From an uncultured Gemmatimonas sp. (lineage in GTDB: Bacteria > Gemmatimonadota > Gemmatimonadetes > Gemmatimonadales > GWC2-71-9), in the NCBI GenBank assembly GCA_964535105.1, contig CAZHSO010000007.1, positions 1 to 62,805 on the forward strand: DNA of 62,805 nucleotides, given 5' to 3'. A program made the position numbers and the translations under genes. The notes beneath the pieces were generated by a model that saw only the letters and a list, made by a program, of their open reading frames with translations, ran no database searches and had not been told where the DNA came from. Of this stretch, positions 46,342 through 55,181 are shown piece by piece. The stretch's first letter is position 1, and each line of letters begins with the position of its first letter.

Positions 46342-47820
46342 TTCGTGTCCTGGCGCTGCTCGCCACCCAGCAGCCGGCCCTCCCCGCCGAGCTCGACAGC
46401 TATGTGGCGCAGGTGATGAAGGCGTTCGAGGTGCCCGGGCTGTCGCTCGCTGTGGTGAAGGACGGCAAGGTGCTGCTGGCCAAGGGATATGGCGTTCGGC
46501 GCATGGGCGATCCCGCTCCGGTGGACGGGAAGACCCGATTCGGGATCGCCTCCAATATCAAGGTTTTTACCGCGACCGGTCATCCGCTACCTCCCCGCCT
46601 TCGCGATGTACGACCCGTTCGTCACCCGCGAGCTCACGATCCGCGACCTCCTGGTCCATCGGAGCGGGTTAGGCCTCGGCGCGGGCGATCTGCTCTGGTG
46701 GCCTCCCTCCACCTATGACCGGATAGCGATTGCGCACCGGCTTCGCTACATCAAACCGGCCACGTAGTTCCGGAGCGCCTACGCCTACCACAACGTGCTC
46801 TACGCTGTGGCGGGAGAGGTGATCGAGGCGGTGAGCGGCCAGAGCTGGGAAGATTTCGTCGCGACCCGTATCCTGGCCAAAATCGGCATGGCGGCGAGCG
46901 ACGTCCGGCACTCCGCGGCGGGAGAGGGGGGCAACGTCGCGGGGACCCACGCGCGAATCGAAGGCGCCGTGCGCCCCATCGCGCCCTTTCTCAGCGACAA
47001 CACCAATCCCGCCGGCGGGATCATGTAGGGGGCGGAAGACATGGCCAAGTGGGTGATGGTGCAGCTCGATTCAGGCCGCACCGCGGACAGCGCTCGGCTC
47101 TTCTCCACCCGCACGACCCGCGAGCTCTGGACGATCGTCACCCCGATTCCGATCGGCGAGCCCGCCCCGGAGCTTCGCGACCTGCGCTCCCACTTCAACG
47201 GCTACGCGCTCGGACTCGGCGTGCGGGACTTCCGGGGGCGAAAGATGCTCACCCATACCGGCGGGCTCCCGGGGTGCCTCTCACGGGTAACGATGCTCCC
47301 CGAGCTGCGACTCGGCGTGGTGGTGCTGACCAACCAGGAATCCGGAGCGGCCTTCAACCTGCTCACCAACCGGATTCTCGACCATTTCGTGGGCGCCCCG
47401 ACTCCCGACTATCTCGGCATTGCCGCGCGGGCCGAAGCAGCGGAAGCAGCGCGTCCCGCGGCGGCGGCCAGCAGGCGAGCGACCAGCCGTGACTCCACCT
47501 CCGGCCCCTCGCTCCCGCCGGCCCGGTATTCCGGGACCTATCGCGACGACTGGTACGGCGACATCACGATCGCGCTCGAGGGAAACCGACTGGTGATGCG
47601 GTTCAGCCGATCGCCCAGCCTGGTGGGCGACCTCTCGCACCGGCAGCACGACACCTTCGTCGCGCGGTGGAGGGACCGGGAGCTCCGAGCCGACGCCTTC
47701 GTCACCTTCGCGCTCAATCCCGACGGCAGCATCGAGCGGGCCCGGATGACGGCCGTGTCGGACGAGACCGACTTCAGCTTCGACTTTCAGGACCTGGAGC
47801 TCAAGCCGGTCAGGCCCTAA
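46338..47820 (+). pseudogene. Disrupted serine hydrolase (beta-lactamase class C-like plus DUF3471-like C-terminus)
   Basis: SxxK (IASNIK), LLVHRSG, YAYHN and HTGG motifs are split by a deletion/frameshift at about 46575 and by in-frame TAG stops at 46765-46767 and 47026-47028. Confidence 0.88.
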
Positions 47821-48179
47821 ACGGGTTCCACCACCACCGCCGTCCCGTAACACAGCACCTCCGTCACCCCATTCATGACCTCGTTCGCATCGTACCGGAT
47901 CCCGATGACGGCGTTGCCCCCCGTCTGCTCGGCGTGCTGCAGCATCAGCTCGAAGGCTTCCTGGCGGGCCTTTTCGCAGAGGGTGACGAAGTTGCCGATC
48001 CGGCCGCCCATGATGGTCTGGAGCCCGGCCCCGATGAAGCCGATCAGCGAGCGGGAGCGGACGGTGATGCCCATGACGACACCCAGCGTCTGGACTACGT
48101 GGTATCCCTCGAGCACGAATGTCGTGGTCGTCAGGTGGTGGAGGATTTTGGGGCCGTCGTGCAGGACAGGTGTTGGCAC
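47817..48179 (-). CDS. YbjQ/UPF0145 heavy-metal-binding family protein
   Basis: TTT..LEGY.V...LG.V.G, AR.EAF..M...A...G.NAVIG.RYD and YGTAV; AGGAG RBS before GTG 48179. Confidence 0.9.
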   Translation of the reverse strand: MPTPVLHDGPKILHHLTTTTFVLEGYHVVQTLGVVMGITVRSRSLIGFIGAGLQTIMGGRIGNFVTLCEKARQEAFELMLQHAEQTGGNAVIGIRYDANEVMNGVTEVLCYGTAVVVEPV

Positions 48180-48193
48180 TGGCAGACTCCTGC

Positions 48194-48288
48194 GGGGAAG
48201 GGGGAGGCCGGAAAGGGGAAGGGTTTCGTTCCAAAAGATATCCCGTCCCCGCCTTTCCATCCTCACCCTTCCCCCTTCCCCTCTCCCC
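48194..48288. repeat. Inverted heptamer array (GGGGAAG / CTTCCCC)
   Basis: GGGGAAG GGGGAGG CCGGAAA GGGGAAG, loop, ...CCTTCCC CCTTCCC CTCTCCC. Confidence 0.75.
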
Positions 48289-48289
48289 G

Positions 48290-50983
48290 CTAATCTGCCC
48301 GAAGCGCCGCTGTCGGGTCGGCCCGCGCGGCCCGCCAGGCGGGGATCACACTCGCGATGCCGGCCACCGCCAGGAGCACCGTCGCCACCACCACGAAGGT
48401 GCCGGGATCGTGCGCGGTCACGCCGAAGAGGAGCGCCGCGAGGAATCTTCCGGCCGCGAGGGACGCCGCGGCACCCAGCACGATACCGATCACCGTGATC
48501 CGCATTCCCTCGCCGACGACGAGCCGAAGCAGGTCTCCCCTCTTGGCGCCCAGCGCGGCCCGTACGCCCATCTCGTGAGTGCGCTGGGCGACGCTGTAGG
48601 CGATGACACCGTAGAGCCCGATAGACGCCACCACCAGCGCCAGCGCGCCGAAGAGCGTGAACATCGTGGCACCAAGGCGCCAGGGCCGGAGCAGGTGATC
48701 GAGCGTGGCGCTGACGGAGCCGACACTCACGTACGCCGCTCCGGGTATCAGGCGCTGGAGCTCTCGCCGAAGCGGCTCGCTCAACCGCTCGGGGTCGCCG
48801 GCGGTCCGGATGAACAGCCACCCCGAGCCGTCGAGACTCATCGGCTCGTAGATCTGCATCCGGTCCTCGTCCCCCAGGCTGCCCCAGCGCACATCCTTGG
48901 CGATCCCGACGACTGCCGTGCAGGGCATGGTGTCGGCGTTGACCTTGATACACTGGCCGATCGCGTCGGCACCGGGCCAGACCTTGTTCGCCAGCATCTC
49001 ACTCACCACCGCGACCCGTGCCGGTCCCGACCGATCGGAGAGAGTGAGCGGCCGGCCGCGCAGGATCACGGTACCGGTCGCCTCGAAGTAGTCGTCCGCG
49101 ACGACGTTCTGGTAAAACGCGCCGAGGCTGTTCAGGGAATCGCGTCCGGGCACGAACAGGTCGGTGGTCTTGCTCCGCCAGAAGGGAACCCCGAAGGTCA
49201 GCGTGGCCTTCTCGACGCCGGCCATTCCGCGAGCCCGGTCGAGAAGCCGCTGGGTCAGCACGGCGCGCTCCGCGGGCGTGAGCCGCTCGCCGCGCATGTT
49301 GGGTCGCACCACGATCAGGCGCGACGGCTCATAGCCCAGATCGACCGAGTGGACGTTGCGAAGGCTTCGGACGAAGAGCCCCGCGCCGACCAGGAGCATG
49401 ACTGAGAGCGCGGCCTGGGCCACCAGGAGCCCCGACTGCAGGCGGGCGCGGGACCGGCTCCCCTCCCGTCCGCCGGCCTTGAGCGACACGTTGAGATCGG
49501 TGCGGCCCGCATGCCACGCGGGGATGAGCCCGGTCAAGAGCCCGGTGAGCACTGCCATGCCGGTCGCGAAGAGCAGCATGCGAGGGTCGAGCAGCGGCAC
49601 AGCCGACCAATCGACACCGGGAAGCAGCGAGCGCCGAAGGATCCCGCCGCCAAAATGCGCGATGAAGAGACCGACCGCTCCACCCATGAGGGCGAGCAGC
49701 GAGCTCTCGGTGAGGAGCTGCCGCAGCATCCGGCGGCGTCCGGCGCCGAGCGCGAGGCGCACCGCGATCTCCCGGCGGCGGCGGAGCGCGCGCCCGAGGA
49801 GGAGGTTGGCGACGTTGGCGCAGGCGATCAGCAGCACGATAACGGCAACCCCGGCCAGCCAAGTCGCGACTTTCGCGTCATCGCTTCGCTTCGGCCCCCG
49901 CTGGTACAGCGCGGAAGCGAGCTCAGCCCTGGACCGCGCGATGGCTTCAGGGTGGTTCTCGGGTAGTGTCGAGAGCTCCTGCTGGAAGGCAAGCGTCAAG
50001 TCGGCATCGGCGGTTTCCGCCGTCACCCCGGGTTCGCGTCGAGCCAGCATCTCGAGCCAGGACATATTATGGGTCGCGAAGTAGCGGTCGCCGAAACCGT
50101 CGAATGCGCCGGCGGTAATCGGGATAAATGCCCCGACCCGCCGGGCTGACATGCCGGTGAAACCCCTGGGCGCGACGCCGATCACGGTGTACGATCGCGG
50201 GCCCACCAGGAGCTGCTTGCCGATGACCGAGGGGTCGCCGCCGTATTCAGACTGCCAAAAACCGTAGCCCAGCACTACCACAGGAGAGCCGCCCGGGGTG
50301 CGGTCCTCCTCTTCCCCGAAAAAGCGCCCGATGGCGGGCACGATATCGAACATCGACCAGAAGCTCGCGCTGACCAGCGAAACATCGAGCTGGCGCGCGT
50401 TCTCGCCGGCGCCAACCACATATTCCTGGTCGTCGTAGAACGCGGCCGATGCTTCGAGGCTTCTGGACGCGGCGAGATCGAGATAGCGCCGATAGCTGAT
50501 GTTGTTGTCGATCCGCTCGGCCCCGTCAGTCCGGGGACGGCGGATATAGACCCGACCGGAGCGGTCCGGGTCCTTGAGGAAGGGGGGTGGCCGCAGGAGC
50601 AGGCGATCCACGACGCCGAACATCGTGGCATTGGCCCCGATGCCGAGTCCCAGAGTGAGCACGACCAGCGCGGCGAATCCCGGCTGGCGGCGAAAACCCC
50701 GTAACGCGTACCCCACGTCCTGCACCAGATCCTGGAACCGGCTGGCTCGTCGTTCATGCATTCGTCGCTCCCGGTCGATGCGCGCGAGGGCCGCGCGGGT
50801 GTCCGCGATGCTGCCGAAGCGCTGGCGGGCTTCCTTTTCGGCGACGTCCGGAGAGTAGCCCCGCGCGACCAGCGCGCGGATCTCCTCGTCGAGATGGAAG
50901 CCGATTTCCTGCTCGATTTCCTCTTCGACCGAGGGCGGCCGTCCGACCAGGCGAAAAAGGCGCCGCAATGCCGGGAGGGCCAC
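48290..50983 (-). CDS. ADOP-family duplicated MacB/FtsX permease with N-terminal prefix domain
   Basis: EEIEQEI.FHL...I..L...G....A...AR.RFG prefix; LGLGIGAN, LLIACANVANLLL, RRREIA.R.ALGA and RT.EMG.R.ALGA. Confidence 0.92.
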   Translation of the reverse strand: MALPALRRLFRLVGRPPSVEEEIEQEIGFHLDEEIRALVARGYSPDVAEKEARQRFGSIADTRAALARIDRERRMHERRASRFQDLVQDVGYALRGFRRQPGFAALVVLTLGLGIGANATMFGVVDRLLLRPPPFLKDPDRSGRVYIRRPRTDGAERIDNNISYRRYLDLAASRSLEASAAFYDDQEYVVGAGENARQLDVSLVSASFWSMFDIVPAIGRFFGEEEDRTPGGSPVVVLGYGFWQSEYGGDPSVIGKQLLVGPRSYTVIGVAPRGFTGMSARRVGAFIPITAGAFDGFGDRYFATHNMSWLEMLARREPGVTAETADADLTLAFQQELSTLPENHPEAIARSRAELASALYQRGPKRSDDAKVATWLAGVAVIVLLIACANVANLLLGRALRRRREIAVRLALGAGRRRMLRQLLTESSLLALMGGAVGLFIAHFGGGILRRSLLPGVDWSAVPLLDPRMLLFATGMAVLTGLLTGLIPAWHAGRTDLNVSLKAGGREGSRSRARLQSGLLVAQAALSVMLLVGAGLFVRSLRNVHSVDLGYEPSRLIVVRPNMRGERLTPAERAVLTQRLLDRARGMAGVEKATLTFGVPFWRSKTTDLFVPGRDSLNSLGAFYQNVVADDYFEATGTVILRGRPLTLSDRSGPARVAVVSEMLANKVWPGADAIGQCIKVNADTMPCTAVVGIAKDVRWGSLGDEDRMQIYEPMSLDGSGWLFIRTAGDPERLSEPLRRELQRLIPGAAYVSVGSVSATLDHLLRPWRLGATMFTLFGALALVVASIGLYGVIAYSVAQRTHEMGVRAALGAKRGDLLRLVVGEGMRITVIGIVLGAAASLAAGRFLAALLFGVTAHDPGTFVVVATVLLAVAGIASVIPAWRAARADPTAALRAD

Positions 50984-50985
50984 GG

Positions 50986-51336
50986 TTACCTGGCCGCCGC
51001 CACGCTGGTGGAGCGAAGCACCTTGAACACCGCCCCGGCGTACCGCGACCAGAGGTCCGCCTCCCGGCGCAGCTCCCGTCGCCCGCCGTCGGTCAGCTCG
51101 TAGTACTTGGCTTTGCGGTTGTTGTCGGAGAGGCCCCACTCCGCTTCGGTGAGTCCCCGCTTCTCGAGGCGATGCAGCGCGGTATAGAGCGCCCCGTCCT
51201 CAATGTTGAGATCATCCTCGGTGGTGGCGCGGATCCAGCTGGCGACAGCGTGGCCGTGCCGGGGGCCCCACGAGAGAGCCTTGAGCACGAGCACGTCGAG
51301 GGTGCCCTGCAGGAGGTCGAGCTCGGCGCGTGGCAT
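50986..51336 (-). CDS. PadR-family regulator (acidobacterial ADOP-associated type)
   Basis: LLQGTLD.L.LK.L, G.LY.ALHRLE and WG.S.NNR.AKYY.LT..GR..L. Confidence 0.93.
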   Translation of the reverse strand: MPRAELDLLQGTLDVLVLKALSWGPRHGHAVASWIRATTEDDLNIEDGALYTALHRLEKRGLTEAEWGLSDNNRKAKYYELTDGGRRELRREADLWSRYAGAVFKVLRSTSVAAAR

Positions 51337-51343
51337 TTGTTCC

Positions 51344-51358
51344 CCTGAAGTGTTCAGG
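51344..51358. promoter_or_regulatory. Putative PadR operator
   Basis: Perfect inverted repeat CCTGAA-GTG-TTCAGG, 8 nt upstream of the padR ATG. Confidence 0.6.
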
Positions 51359-51397
51359 AGAGATATTGAGGGGGAGGGGCGCAGATGTCAAGCGGAA

Positions 51398-51947
51398 GGG
51401 AGTTGGGGGTTGGGAGTTGGGGATTGGGGGAGAAGCCCAGTCGGCGGGGATTCGGGCCTTCCGGCGGCGGAACGATGCTCTTACAGGTCGCGAAGCACCC
51501 AAGATTGTATCATGCCGGTAAATCGAAGTGCGACGATTCGCTCACATCGAGATCTGGAGGTGTGGCAGACGGCATTAGCGCTCGCATTCGAGACGTACCG
51601 CCTCACCGAGCAGTTCCCCAAAAGAGAAATTTACGGTCTCGCATCTCAAATGCCTCGTGCAGCTGCTTCAATCCCGTCGAACATCGCGGAGGGCCATGGC
51701 CGGGAGACGACTCGTGATTACCTCAGATTTCTCACCATTGCAGCCGGGTCGCTGCGAGAACTCGACACTTACTTCGTCTTGAGCCTCAAATTGGGATTCG
51801 TTCCTGACCAGCAGGTCGAGAAGCTGGGAAATGTGGCGGAGAGCATCGGCAAGATGCTTACTAGTCTGCGAGCGGCTCTACGCCGCAGACTCGGCGCCAA
51901 GTCCCCCGGCCCTTGACCCCAACCCCCAACTCCCAACTCCCAATCCC
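51398..51947 (+). mobile_element. Candidate element: four-helix-bundle gene bracketed by inverted heptamer arrays
   Basis: Left arm GGGAGTT GGGGGTT GGGAGTT GGGGATT GGGG (51398-51429); right arm CCCC AACCCCC AACTCCC AACTCCC AATCCC (51917-51947). It lies antisense within an otherwise all-minus gene block. Confidence 0.55.
51512..51916 (+). CDS. Four-helix-bundle protein (23S rRNA IVP / Avd-like family)
   Basis: SHRDLEVWQ, FPKRE.YGL.SQM.RAA.SIPSNIAEG.GR and FL.IA.GSL.EL.T. Confidence 0.92.
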   Translation: MPVNRSATIRSHRDLEVWQTALALAFETYRLTEQFPKREIYGLASQMPRAAASIPSNIAEGHGRETTRDYLRFLTIAAGSLRELDTYFVLSLKLGFVPDQQVEKLGNVAESIGKMLTSLRAALRRRLGAKSPGP

Positions 51948-51955
51948 TGCTTTCC

Positions 51956-54694
51956 TCACTCTGCTCTTAGCGCAACAATCGGATCGACTCGCGAAGCGCG
52001 CCGCGCCGGCAGCCAGCTTGCCACCAGCGCCACCACGCCCAGGCCGAGGGCCACCGCGCCAAGTGTCGCCGGGTCGTTGGGGTGGACGCCGTAGAGGAGC
52101 GAAGACAGCAGTCGCGACACGCCAATGGCCCCCGCCACCCCGACCGCCAGTCCCGCGGCAACCAACCGCGCACCCTGGCCCAGCACCAACCCGCGGACGG
52201 TCTGCCGGTCGGCGCCGAGCGCCATCCGGATACCGATTTCCCGGGTGCGCTGCGCGACGGTGTAACTCAGTACCCCGTGTACTCCCACCATCGCGAGCAG
52301 CAGCGCGACGGCGGCAAAGACTCCGAGCAGGAGCATCGTGAAACGGCGCTGCCCGGTCGAGTGCGATAGCGTTTCGACCAGCGGCTCGATTCCGTAGAGC
52401 GGTACCGTTGGATCCAGCTCGCGCACGACGCCGCGGAGCGTTCGCGCAAACGTCGCAGGATCTCCGTTCACCCGAACCAGGACACTCCCGTTGGGAACCG
52501 GCGCCTGGCTGGTCGGCAAATACACTGCCGGAGTCGCCGCCTCGGCCAGTCCGTGGAACCGCTCGTCGGCGAACACGGCCACGATGGTCCGCTCGCTCCC
52601 CCAGAGCCGGATGCGATGTCCCAGCGGGTTCTGATCTCCGAAGAACCGTCTGCGCGCCGCCTCGTTGATCCCGAGCACCGGAGCCGCGTCGGCGTCGTCA
52701 CTCAGCGCTCGGCCGGCTGCGAGAGGCACCCGCATCGTTGCCTGATATCCCGAATCCACCAACCGGATCGACGGCTCGGGCCAGTCGGCGGCCTCCGCTT
52801 CCTTGCCCACGACCACGATCGAGCTGGTGTACCCGGCTTCGAGCGGATGTGCCCCTGCGATCGTAACCCCCTGGACCCCGGGAAGTCCCGCCACGCGACG
52901 ACGAAGCTCCTCATTGAATCGCCGGATTTCCTGCCATCGCGGCCACTCGGACATGCGCTGAGGGTAACTGGCCGGCAGCTGGAATTCCGCCTTGAGCACG
53001 CCTTCAGCATGAAACCCTGGATCCACCTGGTACAGTCGCCACAAGCTCTTGATCAGCAGGCCGGCTCCGACCATCAGGATCACCGCGAGCGCCAGCTCGG
53101 CCACCACGAGCGCCGAGCGGAAGCGTCGGTGCTCCTTCCCTGAGGAGGCGCCCCGCGACGCGTCCGCCTGCAGACCAAGATTGGACCCGCGGCGCCGAGC
53201 CTGAGTTGCCGGCACGAGCCCGAAGGTCACTCCGACGATGGCGGTCAGCGCGAGCGTGACGGCCAGCACTCTGGCATCGATCCCCACAGCGCTCACCCTC
53301 GGAATGCTCGCCGGCGCGAGGGCGAGGAGCACCTGCAGTCCAGCGAGTGCCAGGACTACGCCCACCAGCGCTCCTGCCCCGGTGAGCACGGCGCTCTCCA
53401 CCAGGAACTGCCGCGTCAACCGCCCCACGCTGGCGCCGAGCGCTGCGCGGACCGTCACCTCCCGCTCCCGCGCGGCCCCGCGGGCCAGCAGCAGGTTCGC
53501 CACATTGGCACAGGCAATCAGCAGCACCAGAGCCACGGCGCCGACGAGCACGAAGAGCGCGGGTTTCACCCCTCCGAACACCACGTCGGAGAGCGGTTCC
53601 ACATTCGCGCCCCGGCCATCGTTCGCCTCGGGGTACAGTCGCTCGAGATCCGCGGCGATGGCCCCCATCTCCTCGTGTGCCTGATTCATTGTCGCGCCTG
53701 GCGTGAGCCGTCCCATCACGAAAATCGGATGATTCCCCCGATCCGCCGCCGTCCGATTGGCCTGGAGGGGAAGCCACACATCCACTCGGACGAGCACACC
53801 GCGATCGGCGAAGCCTCTCCGGTAGGCGGCGACCCCGAGAATCTGCAGCGTGCCGAAGTCGGCTGACGCCGGGAGGACGCCCACGATGGTGTACGGAGCA
53901 TCGTTGATGCGGACCACCCTGCCGACGGCCGAGGGATCGCGTCCGAAGCGCTCGCTCCACAGCTCCTCGCCGATCATCGCCACCGGGGGAGCCCCGTCCC
54001 GGTCCTGGTCCGCGCTGAACGTGGCGCCGAGCAGCGGCCGGATCCCCACCATCGGCAAAAATTCGTGACTGACCCAGAGGGCCGCGAGGCGCACGGGGTC
54101 GCCCCCATCCGGCGCCACGGTCGCGGTGATGGGAGAAAAGGCGGCCATGCGTTCGTACTGCGTGCTCCGCTCCTGAAAATCGAAATAGTCGGGGATCGAG
54201 GCTGGCTCCCGTAGGGTACCGCTCTTGCGATCGGTCTCCCAGATCATGGTCAGCCGGTCGATCGCGGCGAAGGGAGCGGGTCTGAGGAGGACGCCGTCGA
54301 CCACGCTGAAGATCGCGGTGTTCGCCCCGATGCCGAGAGCGAGGGTGAGCACGACCGCGAGCGCAAAGCCGGGCGTGCGGGCGAGTGAGCGGACCGCCTG
54401 CTGGAATTCCGTGATGAGGTCGCGCATGGTCAACCGGGAGATGGTGGGTGAGTTCGAGTGAGGTGGACTGGCCGTACGATGTCCGAATCGGTTCAGGCGC
54501 TCCGCCGTCGCGCCGCGAAGGAGATCGAAGAGGAGTCCGAGCCTTGCCGCGGCGGCTCCGGGCCCCGACCCGGCACTGCGCCAGGCGTCGCGAAAGATCA
54601 GCAGCAGATCGTCGCCGAATTGCTCGCGGAAACCGCGAGGGTAGAGCCGGAGAAGCAACCGGCCCAGGCCACGAACCTTCTCGCTGCCCGTCAT
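51956..54694 (-). CDS. ADOP-family duplicated permease with LLRLYP..FR..FG N-terminal domain
   Basis: LALGIGANTAIFSVV, LLIACANVANLLLAR, RTREIGIRMALGA and PARRA..VDP..ALR.E. Confidence 0.93.
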   Translation of the reverse strand: MTGSEKVRGLGRLLLRLYPRGFREQFGDDLLLIFRDAWRSAGSGPGAAAARLGLLFDLLRGATAERLNRFGHRTASPPHSNSPTISRLTMRDLITEFQQAVRSLARTPGFALAVVLTLALGIGANTAIFSVVDGVLLRPAPFAAIDRLTMIWETDRKSGTLREPASIPDYFDFQERSTQYERMAAFSPITATVAPDGGDPVRLAALWVSHEFLPMVGIRPLLGATFSADQDRDGAPPVAMIGEELWSERFGRDPSAVGRVVRINDAPYTIVGVLPASADFGTLQILGVAAYRRGFADRGVLVRVDVWLPLQANRTAADRGNHPIFVMGRLTPGATMNQAHEEMGAIAADLERLYPEANDGRGANVEPLSDVVFGGVKPALFVLVGAVALVLLIACANVANLLLARGAAREREVTVRAALGASVGRLTRQFLVESAVLTGAGALVGVVLALAGLQVLLALAPASIPRVSAVGIDARVLAVTLALTAIVGVTFGLVPATQARRRGSNLGLQADASRGASSGKEHRRFRSALVVAELALAVILMVGAGLLIKSLWRLYQVDPGFHAEGVLKAEFQLPASYPQRMSEWPRWQEIRRFNEELRRRVAGLPGVQGVTIAGAHPLEAGYTSSIVVVGKEAEAADWPEPSIRLVDSGYQATMRVPLAAGRALSDDADAAPVLGINEAARRRFFGDQNPLGHRIRLWGSERTIVAVFADERFHGLAEAATPAVYLPTSQAPVPNGSVLVRVNGDPATFARTLRGVVRELDPTVPLYGIEPLVETLSHSTGQRRFTMLLLGVFAAVALLLAMVGVHGVLSYTVAQRTREIGIRMALGADRQTVRGLVLGQGARLVAAGLAVGVAGAIGVSRLLSSLLYGVHPNDPATLGAVALGLGVVALVASWLPARRASRVDPIVALRAE

Positions 54695-55065
54695 GCGGTT
54701 CGCGGCTTGGAAAGGACCCGCTTGGCGCGAGCCAACTCGACCAGACGGAGATGGCGCGCGGCCTCCGCACTGAGGGCCCGGCGTCCCATCGGGGTGAGAT
54801 GGTAGTAGCGGCGGCGCTCGTCATCGAGCAGCGGGTCGGGGCGCCGCCCGCTCTCCACGACAAGACCGATTTCCAGAAGTCGCTTGAGCGCGCCGTACAG
54901 CGTACCGGGTCCGAGCCGCACCCTTCCGCCACTCTCCTCCGCGACATCTTGCATCAGCGCATACCCGTGCCGCTCTCCCTCCATCAGGGCAAGCAGGAGG
55001 TGATACCATGCAGGAGGCAGTGGCAGCAGGCGTTCGATCTCGGACATGGCACTCTCCGAAGTCAT
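54691..55065 (-). CDS. PadR-family regulator
   Basis: HLLLAL..GERHGY, LGPGTLYG...RL and DERRRYY.LT..GR. Start is 55065 or 55047; ATGA-coupled to the permease. Confidence 0.92.
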   Translation of the reverse strand: MTSESAMSEIERLLPLPPAWYHLLLALMEGERHGYALMQDVAEESGGRVRLGPGTLYGALKRLLEIGLVVESGRRPDPLLDDERRRYYHLTPMGRRALSAEAARHLRLVELARAKRVLSKPRTA

Positions 55066-55079
55066 AGCTCGGCGGACAG

Positions 55080-55098
55080 TATATCGTTCGTCGATATA
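55080..55098. promoter_or_regulatory. Putative PadR operator
   Basis: Perfect inverted repeat TATATCG-TTCGT-CGATATA just upstream of the second padR. Confidence 0.65.
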
Positions 55099-55113
55099 AT
55101 AGCGACACATGAG

Positions 55114-55179
55114 GCTAACGGCCATCGGCCAATTGCTAACCGCTCGGTTAGCGGCTAGCGGTTGGCGGTTAGCCGTTTG
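55114..55179. repeat. Inverted heptamer array (GCTAACC / CGGTTAG)
   Basis: GCTAACG GCCATCG GCCAATT GCTAACCG, short loop, CGGTTAG CGGCTAG CGGTTGG CGGTTAG CCGTTTG. Confidence 0.8.
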
Positions 55180-55181
55180 CG

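Noticed and set aside
46765-47028. Amber readthrough or recoding of the two in-frame TAG codons
   Set aside because: The same gene also has a deletion/frameshift, TAG is a normal stop here (rplI, smc, pxpC), and RF1 is intact.
51203-51947. Diversity-generating retroelement or 23S rRNA intervening sequence around the Avd/IVP-like gene
   Set aside because: No reverse transcriptase, no template/variable repeat pair and no rRNA sequence are visible in the window.
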